Part shown: piece after piece, positions 38,625-52,410 of the stretch
How the letters are laid out: every line of letters begins with the position of its first letter
Position numbering within the stretch: the stretch's first letter is position 1
Source: Camelus dromedarius
Taxonomy: Eukaryota
DNA: 64,000 bases
Reading direction: 5' to 3'
Assembly (NCBI RefSeq): GCF_036321535.1
Contig: NC_087437.1
Location: 32,304,001-32,368,000, forward strand
Program-made: the position numbers and the translations under genes
Notes under the pieces: model-generated
Told to the model about the DNA's origin: nothing
Database searches by the model: none
What the model saw: only the letters and a program-made list of their open reading frames with translations

Positions 38625-38840
38625 TGAATAACAATAGTTAGCATGTACTGAGTGACTACCATAAGGCATATATTATCCCTCAATATCACAAAAATCCAGT
38701 AGAGTAGATATTATTATACTCCTTAAAAGAGGGAGAGATTGAAACTCAGAGAGGTTGGGACTTGCCCCAGGTCACACAGCTAGAATGTGGACTTGAACTC
38801 ACATTTGTCTGATGACCAAACCCACACTTTCTCCTTCCTG
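38625..38840 (-). mobile_element. MIR SINE
   Basis: CTCAGAGAGGTT...CTTGCCCCAGGTCACACAGCTAG. Confidence 0.75.
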
Positions 38841-39568
38841 ATGACAAAAAAAGAACAAATGTCTAATAATGAGAAGTTTAGATTTCTATACATTGAAGAG
38901 GCTTCCTAGGAGCCCGCAGATGACCCTGCATAAGAGGGTACATGTTTGTGGAGGTCCTACTGTGCACTGAGTCATGCTGAACTTTTATTCAGTCCACTTG
39001 TGGTCTGTGGGGGACTAGGGAGATGAGGGAACTAAACTGAGCAGGTCAGTGGAGGCTGCAGTCATAATTGCTGTGCACACAGCAAGAGAACGCCAAACTT
39101 CCAACTAAGTACAGGGCCCAGGACAGCTCTCTGAAGTTTGGTCAAGAAGCTGGAAACTGACAGGAACAAATGAGACCATTCGAGGCTTATTCCAGTCTAG
39201 ACAGAACTGCAGTTTGTGTCTTCAGATGTAAATCTAAACCAACAGTCTTTGACGGGGACCCTCATGGCTATCCACTGGGGAATGGGAAGAGAACACGAGA
39301 GCTTCTCTTAACAGTAATTCTGTTCTAAAATAAGACAGAAATCAAGTGTTTCTAACATCTAATAAACAGGCTAATACCAGCGCTCTCATCCCTTCCTTGT
39401 GTCACACCAGACAAGCGGCACCATGACAGATCTTGAGGGCAAGTGGGAGCTCCATGGCACAGCAGCCTGAGCACTAGGCCTTTACTCATCATTTCACTGT
39501 GTTGTTTTGCAACCCAGTTCAGTTTATACCACCTTGTTTAAGTGCATTTATACATTATGTTATCTGGT

Positions 39569-40095
39569 TGTATCTGTCAGGGTTCTTCAGAGAAACAGAA
39601 CCAAGAGGATATACAAAGATATATAAGGAGATTTATTAGAGGGATTGGCTCATGGGGTCATGGAGGCTGAGAAGTCCTACAATCGACTATCCACAAGCTG
39701 AAGAACCAGGAAAGCTGATGGTGTAATTCAGCCTGAGTCTGAAGGCCCGAGAACAAGGGGGAGCCAATGGTGTAACTCCCAGTCCAAGCTCAAAGACTTG
39801 AGAACTAGGGCACTGCTGGCGTCAGTTCCAGAGTCTGAAGGCCTGAGAACCAGGGCCTCCAATGTTCAAAGGCAGGAGAAGATGATCACCCCAGATCAAG
39901 AGAAGAGAGGAGGGAGTTCACTCTTCATCGGCCTTTTTGTTCTATCTGATCCTCAATGGATTCTGTGATGTAGGCCCACATTGGTGGATCTCCTTACTCA
40001 GTCTACTGATCTTTCCAGAAACTCTCACAGACACACCCAGAAGTAATGTTTTACCAACTATCTGGGCACCACTTAGCCTAGTCAAACTGACACTG
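39569..40095 (-). mobile_element. ERVL solo LTR (MLT2B-like)
   Basis: GTCAGGGTTCTTCAGAGAAACAGAACCAA...GGAGGCTGAGAAGTCC...CACAGACACACCCAGAAGTAATG. Confidence 0.88.
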
Positions 40096-41307
40096 GTTAT
40101 AACAAAACCAATTGTTACCTGGCTCTAACAACAACAATCTTCAAAAAAAAAAAAAGTCATACAATTTATAATATTCCTGCCAAAGTATCTGAATGCTGAA
40201 GATAGTCCTAATAAGACAAGCACAAGTAAACAAGAAGAAAATGACAGAGCTGACTCATGTCTTACACTTTTACCTTTGTTTTGATCCCAGACGCATCATA
40301 AGAAATATATGTAGATTTACTTAACTATAATAGACACCATCAAGACCCTTTAAAATATGTGCGGACTTACTCATTGTCATCGATGATGCACCTCAACCCA
40401 AGTATATGTTGTTCTTTGAGATATTAACAAATTACTGAACTGCATGTGGATAATTTACCAAGAAACTGGGGGTGCTGCTCCACAATCTTTTACTGATAAT
40501 AACTTCTGGCCAAAAAATGTGGAGAATACTGATAGGGAAGACATTCTGGCCCATCCTAGAGCACATCCCATAATTCAGGAGCTACCAGTAGATACTGAAT
40601 GGCTAGATCTAGATTTTCCATGGGGAAGCCTGGGCCTCTGAAATTACACCTCTTCACCCCTTTCTTTGGGCCTCCAGAGCTGCACTAGCGCAACCCTAAT
40701 TGCCTTCATAAACACAGGCAAAATCATTTTCAGCTGCCTGGGACTCTGCTGGGCAGATTTTGCTTTCATCAATCTCTTGCTGTTCTCCATCAAGCATGGT
40801 TGGAATGATTCGGTCTTGATTTGGATTCAGAAGCTTCATGCACTTACTGCTCTGAGCAAAATTTAATCAAAATATTTATCTCAATAATTTGGTCCAAAAG
40901 TTTCCTCAAATTAACTAAGGCAAACTGTTCAGCCAGGTTACTGCAGAAAGCCCTAGAGCGGGACAGAGCTGCGGGGGAAAAAAAGGGTGCAGTCAGGAGG
41001 GGAGGCCACACGCTGACTAGATGCAGTCAAAAGTATATACAACATTTATTAGCTAAAGTACCATGAAAAGCATTCTAATCAGCTGGTTTCCTCTCATTAA
41101 ATGTTAATTAGTTCATATAAGCTTCCTGCGTAGGAAAGTATCAGGTACTTAGCAAGCATTAGGGAAGAGGCAGGTCACAGAGGGAGTCTGGGGGACAACA
41201 GACACCAGCGCAATGACATTGTTCCCTCACTGGGTAACATTTTTGTTTGAGGCATATGTGAGCTTCTTGAGGAGGATTCAGAAGGTCTGCCAGGAACAAA
41301 CACAGAT

Positions 41308-41417
41308 TAGAATTTTCATTCTGGAAATGAGTCTCTGAAATACCATTTGTTGAGTTTTAAAATAGAATTTTCATTCTGCTAATGAGTTTCTGAAATACCA
41401 TTTGTTGAGTTTTAAAA
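41308..41417. repeat. 55-bp tandem duplication (52/55 identical)
   Basis: TAGAATTTTCATTCTG..AATGAGT.TCTGAAATACCATTTGTTGAGTTTTAAAA at 41308-41362 and 41363-41417. Confidence 0.95.
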
Positions 41418-42124
41418 ACACACTTTAATGGGATTAGCTCCTGGACCAAATCATATTCAGATACATTTGCTCACACCATTTAAACCCACAGAAGAGGATA
41501 ATCATATCGTATTAAATGGTCTTTTATTTTGATTGTTTAAGTGTGCTGGCTTAAAAGCCACATTGTTAAAAAGTTATAAAAGTAAGGAGAACAAAACTAA
41601 AGGGCTGTGTGGACCACAAAGTCATTAAGTGATCTGGAAATGGGTCAAGGGATCACACATGTCTGGGGCTAGAAGGAACTGTAAAGACAGCTTCTCGAGG
41701 CTGTCATGCAGTCAGTTCCAATGAGCATGGCCACACCATGTTTGTGGCAGCCTCTGTTCTGACTGGCCAGTGCCTGACCCCAAGCAGTTGCTAAATATCA
41801 CAAATCACAAATATCACTCCTGATAAAGTCTAAAGCACTCATTTCACAGATAAAGACACCATGACCTAGAGAGATGAAGTGACCTGCCCACACTACACAT
41901 CTTATGAAAAGAAAAACAGAACGTGGATCTGAGCTTTACTCTACAGTGCTCCTTCGGTATCTCCACACCATCCTCTTGCCCTAAACTTTGTTGCCATTTC
42001 TTTGTATAAATTGGTGGTGCAACAACCACCTTTTTACATAGAGTGACAAAGGTTATTAAGCGGATTGGATCAATGCTTTGATAACAGGTAAAAGAGCTAT
42101 AAATTGCTATTTTTCAAAAACAGT

Positions 42125-42930
42125 GTCAAACATTTACTGAGTGCTTACTATGTGACAGACACAGATACATTACTTGTTTATTAACTTTAATTTTTTTAAC
42201 AATAATAATTTAATAGCTCTCTTAAGTAGTTACGACTATTAATTCCACTTAACACATGGAAGAACTGAGGTACAGAGAGGTTGAGTAACTTGCTATGGGG
42301 GCAGATTTCTAAGATGAGCCCCAACTGATATTCACTCTTTGTGTAATTCCCTCCCTGTGGTTGCTGACTGGACCTAATGACTCCCTTCAAACAAATAACA
42401 GCACAAAAAGTGATGGGATGTCACTTCCATGGCTAGGTTACAAAAGCCTGTGACATCTGTCTTACTAGCAGACTCTTATTCTGCTGGCTTTGATGGATAG
42501 TCTATTGGAAATGCCCACGGGGCAAAAAACTGAGGGCAGTCTCCAGCCAACAGCCAGTAGGGAATTTAGACTTCTAATCCAACATCCTCAAGGAACAGTC
42601 TTGCCAACAACCACATGAGTGAGCTTGCAAGTGAATCTTCCCCCAGTTGAGCTTCAGATGAGATCCCAGACCTTGGGCCAATGCCTTGAATGCAGTCTTT
42701 GAGAGACTATGAAGCAGAAGACAAAACTAAGTCATTTTTCAACTCCTGATCCACCAAACCATGACACAATATACATTGTTCTAAGCCACTCATTTTAGGG
42801 TAATTTGTTATGAAGCGGAAGATAACTAACACACTTACCCAAGACTATATAACTACATAATTCCTGGTATAACCAGGAGTTGAACCCAAGAAGTCTGGTT
42901 CCTAAATCTATGCTCTTAACCACTGAGACC
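42125..42930 (-). mobile_element. MIR SINE split by a MaLR LTR
   Basis: MIR core ACTGAGGTACAGAGAGGTTGAGTAACTTGC stops at 42293 and resumes CTTACCCAAG...TGAACCCAAG...TGCTCTTAACCACT at 42834. Confidence 0.82.
42294..42833 (+). mobile_element. MaLR solo LTR (MLT1E/F-like) with 5-bp TSD CTTGC/CTTAC
   Basis: GTGATGGGATGTCACTTCC, GCCAACAACCACATGAGTGAGCTTG and TAATTTGTTATG...GATAACTAACACA. Confidence 0.85.
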
Positions 42931-43729
42931 ACATTATCTCTCAGAAGGTATACCACGTTCCTCACGAACATCATTATCACTATCATCATCACTGTCACCA
43001 CGTATCGTCATCATCACTACTACTACATGCCAAACACTGGCTAAATGCTTCATATAAATAATTTTGTGTAATCCTCAAAATGACCCTGTGGCCCCAAGTT
43101 TATAGTTCAAAAAATGAATCTTACATAATATAAACAGCTCACCTATGAAATTCAGAACTTGATACAGCTGAGTCCAAAACCAATGCCCTTCCCACTAAAC
43201 TTTGCTGCTTCTCTGTAATCAAAGAGCTGTATCTAACCAGTTAATGACACTCTGATAAATAATTCTTTGCAACATTGGAAAAAATGTGTAACAGTTTTTT
43301 AGTAAATCAGTTTTTAAATAAAATAGATAAAAAATCCAACTGCTGCAGATTTTGCTAACTTTACCACAGTTAACAATTCCATGGAGACTATCAGGATGTG
43401 GAAGTGCCATGGAAAATGGAAGCAAAAAAAATGCTTTATGCTTTATTACATTTATATAGCACTCCTTGTTAGCAAATATAACAAAGAATGAATTGAAGTA
43501 ACATCAGTTGTATGATACTAAGTTTCTTTCAAGAATAAAAATCATAAGACCTAAATCTAATAAACTAACTTGCATTGCATATAAAATCTTGAGTGATTCC
43601 TTATGGTACATTAGATGAGAGAGCTCATACTCCCCATAGCACCATAGCATTAAGGTCCAACCATCTTAGTCCAATTTAGCTTTGAGCTTAATCCTCTACA
43701 CAGCCACCACCTGTGAAACTCAAATCTGC

Positions 43730-43752
43730 TCATATCATATCATATCATATCA
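43730..43752. repeat. (TCATA)n pentanucleotide repeat
   Basis: Directly visible. Confidence 0.9.
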
Positions 43753-46059
43753 AGGTGTGCAATCAGAGGCCTAGATTTTTGCTTCTCGGTTGAACACATT
43801 GCTTAGCAATAGTGGAAAACAAATTTTTTTTGAGGGAGAAGAGATGGACAAGGGGAGGAAGGAAGGAAAGAGAGAAGAGAGGAAGAGAGAGCAAGAGAGG
43901 ATTTCTCTCTTTTCATCCTAGCAATGAATCTTCAAATGCACTAAAATATTCTAATTCTATCATAAGTGAGCCACAAAGTATCCTGACACAATCTGGCTTG
44001 TAACAAAGTTCTCTTGCAAATTAAATAGAAAGAAAGCAGGAACTGTTGGGTACATGGTACATCAAGTTTCAACCTCTGCTCTTTTCCTGCATCCTGTTCA
44101 TGTGGTCCTAAGATCCCTTCCAAGTTTGCCCCCATGGTTTTCAGTTTCTGAATCATAATTAAACAAAAAGTATCGTATGTACTCTTTTAGGGCAACTAAG
44201 AGTTCTGCTAAGTCTGATGTGCTTTTGCTGGTGGAAACAGTGGAATAATTAATTGCAATGACTCATAGTGAACCTAATCACGTTCTTGAGAATATTTGCA
44301 GGGTTAGCTAGGAAGACATAATAAGTACAAAGCCATCTAAATAATAGAGGAACCAGTAAGCATCATTTTAAATAGTCCTTGAATTCACATTATAGATGGA
44401 CTATTGGCATGGTCTCATTCACTGTCACTTCATTAACCATCAGTGCGGGGATTGCTTCTATTTCTGTATTAAGTCTCTGACCCGCTTTTTCGTAGGCCAG
44501 CATCACTGCTGTGGTCTTGACAGAGTCCTTCAGACTTCAGCTGTCGGCCTTCGTCTTCCAAGCTCACACCCTCTTGTCCCTAATTGCGTTAGAGTGAGGG
44601 AAAAGCAAAATGACCTCAGTGGTATTTATTTGGCTCAGTGGGATGGAGACTTGGCTGGAAGAGGAAGTGGTAGGGCTGCTGCTCTTAATTTCAAGGGGAA
44701 GCCTTGAAAACCGGTACAAAGCCTGTGGATCCCTCATTTCTTAGGTCTCAAGTCAGGCAGAAAAAGTTAAACTGCAACTTTGCCACTTTTTAGCATGTGA
44801 TTATATTTGTTTTCTTTTTTTTTTTTTTTTTTTTTTTTGTAATTTGCCCACAACTGATTGTTTAAAACAATGTGCCTAGTTCTGTGTAAAGTTAGAGGGT
44901 GCAAATACTACTGTTGACCACTTCTTGTTTCCATCCCCCTCTCAGACCCTCAGTGTTTTTAAATCCCTCGATGTCTCTCTCCTCCCAAGCATCCCTTCTT
45001 CTCTCCCTACAAAGCACCTTTTATGCCTTTTAGGTACAAACATTATTTAGTGGCATCTTTTAAAACTTATTTGGATGGAAAGTTGTATAAAATAGATTAC
45101 GACTTTCCACCCAGGGATGCCCCAAGGACTGTTAAGGTGTGCAGAAATGTCTGCCCCTGCACTAAACAGTCCCAGACGGCTATACTTTTCTAGTCCTTTT
45201 GTCTGTTTTCCATTATTTTCTGTCTCCTGTCTGCTGCCAATTCAGTATGCCTATTTCATTTCCCACAAATTCTGATCCACAAAATATGTCTCCCAAAAAA
45301 TCAATTTTTGTTTTTGGAAATCAGAAATAGCTAGGATCTTAGCCATCACTATTCACTTTCTGACCCAGGAGTTAAAAGTTCACACAACGAGATTCTTTAA
45401 TAAGTATTCCAAGGGACTGAAGAAACCTGGTAGTTTAAGATATAAAAGACAGCCACTCTAGGACTAAAAACAAATACACATATATATACATTTATAATGA
45501 TGGTCACCATCCATATTTAGCATTTTATTTCAAAAATTGATTTCTCTATTATTCAAAGTCCTAAAACAGCCAGACTCATTGGAGGTAGTTTTTCCTGTAG
45601 TCACATCTGACTGACTTTATTGAATTTCCTTTTCTTAATGAATCATGAGGGTTGAGTTAAATGTTAAATATCGGTGTTTATATAAGGAACATGCATGTTT
45701 GCTTTTTCTTCAATTAAGGAAAAGCTGGTTGACCTTTGTGCCACTGAGTCTTGTGCTTGTTAACTGTGTGGCTTTCCCATTTAACAAGCCCTTCTGGTAA
45801 GATCCACCACACCATCTCATACACACAGTTGACTATCTATTAGATGGCATCTGCAAAAGGAAATGGCGCCCCAGAAACTCAAAGCTGGAAAAGTAGGAAA
45901 TGTCTTATCATGATTCTGGGAGGTGCTTTTGACTGCACAAATGTACACATTAGGAATCTGGGGGTGACAAAAGGTTACTTCAAACCCTCAGAGTTGTGAG
46001 GCAACTCAGAATAAGTTTAACTACCCAACTGCACAAGAATCATTAGAAGAACTCTTTTT

Positions 46060-47888
46060 TTATACCTCTGACTCTTCTTCACCCACTTCACCCACTCCCT
46101 ACCAACCACCTCTGTGGCAAACACCAATCTGTTCTCTGTATCTATGAACTTGGGTTTTGTCTTGTTTGATTCCACAATTAAAAGAGATCATATAGTATTT
46201 GTCTTCTCTGTCTGACTCATTTCACTTAGCATAATCCCCTCAAGGTCCATCCATGTTGTCACAAATGGCAAGATTTCATTCTTTTACATGGCTGAGTAAT
46301 ACTTCATTGTATATAAATACCATAATTTTCTTTATCCATTCATGCACTGATGGACACTTAGGTTGTTTCCATATCTTGGCTATTGTAAATAGCACTTCAA
46401 TGAACATGACAGTAAATAGACCTTTTCAAGTTAGTCTTTGTTTTCTTGACATAAATACCCAGAAGTGGAAATGCTAGCTAATACAGTAGTTTCATTTTTA
46501 ATTTTTCTGAGAAAACTCCATGCTGTTTTAAATAATGGTTACTGTAATTTACATACCCACCAACAGTGCAGAGGAGTTCCCTTTTCTCCACATCATTAGC
46601 AAAATTTGTTACTTGCTGTCTGTTTAAATTGGTCATTCTGACAGGTATGAGGTGATATTTCATTCTGGTTTTGATTTACATTTTCTTAATGATTAATGAT
46701 GCTGAGCATCTTTTCATGTGTCTGTGGGCCATCTGTATGTCTTCTTGGGAAAAATGTCTATTCAGATCATCTGCCCATCTTTTAATTGAATTGTTTTTAT
46801 TTGTTTTGTTTTATTTGCTATTTAGTTGTATGAGTTCTTTATATATTTTGGATATTAACCTCTTATCAGATACATAATTTGCAAATATTTTCTCCTATTC
46901 ACCCCAGAGGCAAAGTATATTACATTTTATTTTGTTGATGATTTTCTTTGCTGTGCAGAAGCTTTTTAGTTTAATGTAATCTCACTTGTTTATTTTTGCT
47001 TTTGTTGCTTTTACTTTTGGTGTCAGATTCAAAAAATTATCACTAAGACCTTATTGTGGTCAAGGAGCCTACCACATCTGTTTTCTTCTAAGAATTTTAT
47101 GGTTTCTGGTCTTATGTTCAAGTCTTTAATCTATTTTGAGTTAACTTTTCTGTATGGTATAAGACAGTGGTCCAGTTTCATTCTTTTGCATGTGGTTATC
47201 CAATTTCCACAATTTAGAAGTTGTTCTTTTCCCATTTTATATTCTTGGCTCTTTTTTCATAAATTAATTGACCGTATATATGTGGGTTTATATCTGGGCT
47301 ATTTTGTTCCATTGATTTCTGTGTCTGTTTTTAATGCTAATACCACACTGTTTTAATGATTATGGTTTGTAAATTAGGATATAAGATGCTTCCAGTTTTG
47401 TTTTTCTTTCTCAAGATTGCTTTGGATATCCAGGGTCTTTTGTGGTTCCAAACAAATTTTAGAACTGTTTGTTCTATTTCTGTAAAATAATGTCACTGGA
47501 ATTCTGATAGGGATTGCACTGAATTTATAGGTTGCAGTGGGTAGTATGGTCATTTTAACAATATTAATTATTCCAATCCATGAACATGGAGTATCTTTCC
47601 ATTTATTTGTATCTTCTTCAGTTTCTTTTCTTAAAGTCTTGAAGTTTTAACTATACCTCCTTGGATACATTTATTCCTAGGCACTTTTATTATTTTGATA
47701 CAATTGTAAATATGATTGTTTTCTTAACTTACCTGCTAGTTCATTATTAGTGTACAGCATGGAACAGATTTTTGTGTATTGCTTTTGTATCCTGTAGCAA
47801 TACTGAATTTGTTTATTAGTCTAATAGTTTTTTGATGGAGGTGTTAGGGTTTTCTATGTATGTCATCTGCAAAGAGTGACAATTTTAC
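46060..47888 (-). mobile_element. Older L1 (L1MA-like) 3' portion
   Basis: Antisense ORF2 C-terminal and 3'UTR motifs (TTCACTTAGCATAAT, GATGGACACTTAGGTTGTTTCCA, CCAATCCATGAACATGG), with many stops. Confidence 0.9.
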
Positions 47889-48213
47889 CGAGCTCTCTCA
47901 GTTTCTTAAAACATATTTAGTTCAACAACAGACATTTTAATTCATTATTAACACTTAAAATGATCTCTTCATATGTTATCACATAATTTGCTTTCAAATA
48001 CCTTATACTAATGTGAGGGCTAACCATACCTGCTGGATAATGTTTCATAAAGGTGAGGACAGAATCTTAAAATTAGTTGAGGAATACTAACATCAAATTT
48101 TCTTCCCATGTCGGCAAGTTTGTATTTTCTTTCTGACCTTCCTTGCTCTGGACATGGCTTTAAAGACTTATTTTTGTCATCCCTGACATTTTTACAATCA
48201 TCTGCTATATATT

Positions 48214-48530
48214 TGCTGCCCGATATGGTAGCCACTAGCTAGATGTGGCTATTAAGCACTTGAAACATGGCTAGTGCAAACTGAGATGTGCTGTAAGTCT
48301 AAAATACACCCTCAATTTTGAGGACTTGATAAAGAGAAGAATGCAAAATATCTGATTAGTAATTTTTTATACTGGTTACATGTTGAAATGATAATATGCT
48401 TTATATGTTGGGTTAAATAAAATATGCTATTACAGTTAATTATCCTTTTTCTTTTTACTTTTTTAACATGGTTACCACGAAATTTTAAATTGTAAGTGGG
48501 ATTCACATTACATTTCCATTGAACAGTGTT
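48214..48530. mobile_element. hAT-Charlie MITE (MER33-like)
   Basis: ATATGGTAGCCACTAGC..ATGTGGCTATT.AGCACTTGAAA..TGGCTAGTG. Confidence 0.85.
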
Positions 48531-48819
48531 ACTCTAGGCTTTAGTCATAAAGATTGTCCTTTCAGTTTTATATTCCTTTAAAAAAAACTCTCCTTTGTAA
48601 TATGTTCTTTCATGTTTTGTGAAAATCCTACTAAATAGGATTCAGTCAGGAGCTTCCACTGCTGCCACATTGAGCTCTGCACTTCCCTCCTCACTTAATG
48701 TTTTATTAGAACCCTTTGCTTAGAATTTGTCAGAAATTCATTTTTAAATGCCTCCCCAAATTCTCAAGTCATTTTTCATTGGCTTGAAAATGAAACACCA
48801 CTGCTACGAATCACACAGT

Positions 48820-48985
48820 AATGCTAATAACAGTAATCATTTGTTGAAGTATTACTATGTGTCAGGCACTGTGATAAGCACTTTACATACATCATCTCAT
48901 GTAATATTTACAAAACCAAATAAGGTAACTTATGATGTCCATCATGCAGATGGGAAAACTGATGCTCAATGAGGTTATGGCAAAG
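48820..48985 (-). mobile_element. MIR SINE
   Basis: TACTATGTGTCAGGCACTGTG.TAAGCACTTTACAT ... CAGATGGGAAAACTGA. Confidence 0.75.
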
Positions 48986-51914
48986 ACTGGCTAGCTATTC
49001 CCCTTTCTCTTTCCTTCTCTGCTCATAGCAAGGCTCTCTTTCCCAGTTTTGACAACCAAAAGTGTCTTCCAGAAGGCAAAATTGCTCCTCTTCTCCCTGA
49101 TGAGAACCACTGGTGTAGAGGAGAAATTACCTTTGTTGTTTCCTTTATATTTGGAGGATGAAATTTTTGGCAACTCGCATGAAGGCTTTACCAGCTACAT
49201 TCTTTAGGCAAATGAGACTTCTTGCATATCCTCAATAGTTGCAATCTGCCCTCTTTGTCCCTGTGCCAGCTTTAGGCTCTATCTAGTGTCCACTTAATTT
49301 TTCTGGCTGGTGAGTCCCTACAAATAAGCCCTCACAGACCTCGCACCACTGTTGCTCCTCTTTTCCCAAGCACTCTCCGGGGGTAATGCTAGTCCAAAAG
49401 TCATAAATGTGAATGATTTTCCTGCCACATACGTGGGCATCTCCATCCCAGGGGCAAGAACCAGCCCAGAGGGGTTTTTTTTTGTTGACTAAAGTGCTGG
49501 ATTTCTGATGAGTACAAAGAAGAAAAGAAGGTCAAGTGAAACCTTTATCAAAAAAATCTCAATGGGCATAGATGGAAATTTGTTGTATTTAGGTCAAGAT
49601 TTCATCATCCAGTCCTTTTATTTACTTGCTTGCTCTAAAGCTAGGAGGTTACAAAAGAAAAATAGTTCCAGTGCTCATTCAAATGACTTGGACACCAGCT
49701 AGAATCTATTTCTCAGTCTTTTACATAATAATTACTGTTTTGAAATGCACAGTACCTATGTCTGTTTCCCATGACACATTATTTTTTCCTTCTCTCCAGC
49801 TGTGTCCTGGAGCCCAGTCACATGACCCATGAACAGACTGCTTATTCAAGCCCCTTCCCTGAGAATCACATCCATCTGAATCCTCACTGGCATGTCCAGC
49901 ACTCTTCACTGACATCATGATATCATGATCTGGTTAACATTAAGCTAAAAGTTCTACAAAGCAAGGATCATTGTGTGTATACGTGTATGTTCATGCGGAT
50001 ATGCATGTGTGTGTACTAAAATACTGACTTTTTAACAGTAAACTCGGAGTTATGTCTTCTTCACTATTTTTGATTTCGAAGATATATGGTGTAGACAAAG
50101 GGATCATTTTATTTCCCCCTACTCTCTTTCAAATCGGGTATAGTTTGGAAGAAAAGAAACAATTTTTTTAGTCCATTTCCTTTTCAATAATAAGGACAAT
50201 ATAGAAAGGTCTCCTGCTGCTTCATGTAGAATTATTTTAAGGCTGTTAAGTTGGTCTATCTAACTTTAATCAGGTACAGATGAGAGCTTGCTGATCTGTG
50301 CATTCTGAAATTTCATTGCTCTTACACAAACTCACTGCCTGGAAACAAGGAAGCCTGACACTTGGAGGGCCGTGCTGTCTGACAAACTGAATTAATAATG
50401 AATGAACCCATCTTGTATAATCAGGAAAGGGAGAAATGCTACAAATTAGAAATAAGCATGTTCTTCATTATAGGTGGCAGCCAGGATGCTGCTTAGGGTA
50501 TCACTGATGCTCAAATTAGCTGTGGGGCACACGAACCACTTGCTGCCTCTCACTGTTCCCTACTTTTCTCTTGAGAGTCTCCTTCTCAAGGGATGTGCAA
50601 AATGAGGAATTCTCAAAATTCAGACTAGGGAGATGCATTTGCACCGCATGAGAATGACAACTTATTATTCATTCGGGGTGTACAGATACTAGAAATGGTT
50701 TACATTTCCATCTTAAATTAAGTTAAAGCTCTCATGTTGTTTAATACAAATTAGATCAAAATAATGCCAAGATGGGAATTTTTGCAAGATTTCTGGTATT
50801 CTCAAGAGATCCTTACTCTGAATATCATGTGCTTTTAAAGAAAATGAGCTGCCCATCTCAGAACCAGGGAAACTTGCTGGTATTTTGTTTCATTGAAGCT
50901 TATTTTGTTCTAAAATATGCTACGAAAGACTAGCCCTGGTATTAGTGTTGTATGCACACCAAAATCTGAACAGGTACAGAAATGTAACAAAATGAAAGAT
51001 CCCAGGAAAGGTGAAACGGAAAGCCATTTAGCATCACCTCATCGACCAAACCTGAAAATGTATTTCTGTAGGGCAAAGGGTAGACAGCCTGTACATGTCA
51101 GCACCACAAATGTTGCATAAAGTATCACGGATTCTAGAATTGTCCTTGAGGCTGAGATAAACTGACAACCTGCCCACAGATCTCTGGTGGAGGGTGGATA
51201 TGGGAGGAAGTGCCTCTGACAAGTGCTACTTGTCATGGTTTCATAAGCACCATCTTGGTTCTCCTTTACCATGAAGGTCTCTTGTGTAAGAGTAGGCTGA
51301 GGACAGTGTCAGTGGCCTGGAAGTGCCTAGTCTTTAATCAATGGAAAGAAAGCATGGAAGCCCCAGTTGTGCCATGTCTGCCTTTCAAGAAAGGTCTATG
51401 CTGGGTCAAGGTAAGGACCAATATATATAACTGATGGAATAGTTCCTGGTCACAATAAAACATGCTGACCAGCTGGGGAGATGCTGTTCAGATGTAAACA
51501 AAGTAGCCCCCTATTTGTCCACCTTCTGGCAACTAGCATGTGGATGAGAGTATCAGTTTGGGTCTGGAGGCCTTGAAAAAGGTCAGCCAAAATCAGGACA
51601 ACATCCACAGCAGCCGACAGATTATGGGATCAGAGGGTCTGAAGCATGGAAAATTTCAAGAAAGAAAGAGTAGATAATGTGTGTAGCAGCAGAGAGTCTT
51701 TGCAAGGACAAAAAGTGGCTAGTTAGGATAGCCAAACTGTCGTTGATGGATGCTCCAGGGACAAGGGCAGGTCTTTTCCTGGGCTTATATCAGGAAGGGC
51801 AGAGAAATCCCAAGTTGAACTGACCTACATTCACTCATGTGGTCCATCCTGCCCACTGCTCATGCACAGCCCTCATGAGCAACTATCACTGAGCTCTGCT
51901 TTCAAAAAAGTACT

Positions 51915-52410
51915 TGTGGTAAGTAGAAAAGTGCAAGGTGCCCATGCCCACAATCCCCGGAACCTGTGAATAAGTTATATTACATGGTAAAGAGGGATTA
52001 TGATTGTAGATGGAATTAAGGATTCAGGTGATCTTGAGATGGAGGGGTTATCTTGGATTATCCAGGTGGATGCAATGTAATCACATGAGTCCTTATAAAT
52101 GGAAAAGAGGAAGAAGAGAAAGAACCAGAAATGTGGCATCATGAGAGACTTGACAAGCCAATGTTGGTGTTGAGGACAGAAGTGGGCCATGGGCCAAAGA
52201 ATGAGGGCAGCCTCTAGAAGCTGGAGAAGAGAAGAAAAGTGAGTTTCCCCAGAGCCTCCAGAAGAACACAACCCTGCCAACACCTTGGCTCTAACCCAGT
52301 GGACCCATTTCAGACTTCTGACCTCTGGAACTATTAGTCAATAAATTTCTGTTGTTCTAAGCCATTAAGTTTACACAAATTTGTTACAGCAACAATAAAA
52401 AACTAATTAC
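51915..52410 (+). mobile_element. MaLR solo LTR (MLT1D-like)
   Basis: AATCCCCGGAACCTGTGAATA.GTTA..TTACATGG...CCCAGAGCCTCCAGAAG...TTTGTTACAGCA.CAATA. Confidence 0.88.

Noticed and set aside
41308..41417. CRISPR-like array
   Set aside because: Only two abutting units with no spacer, in mammalian DNA.
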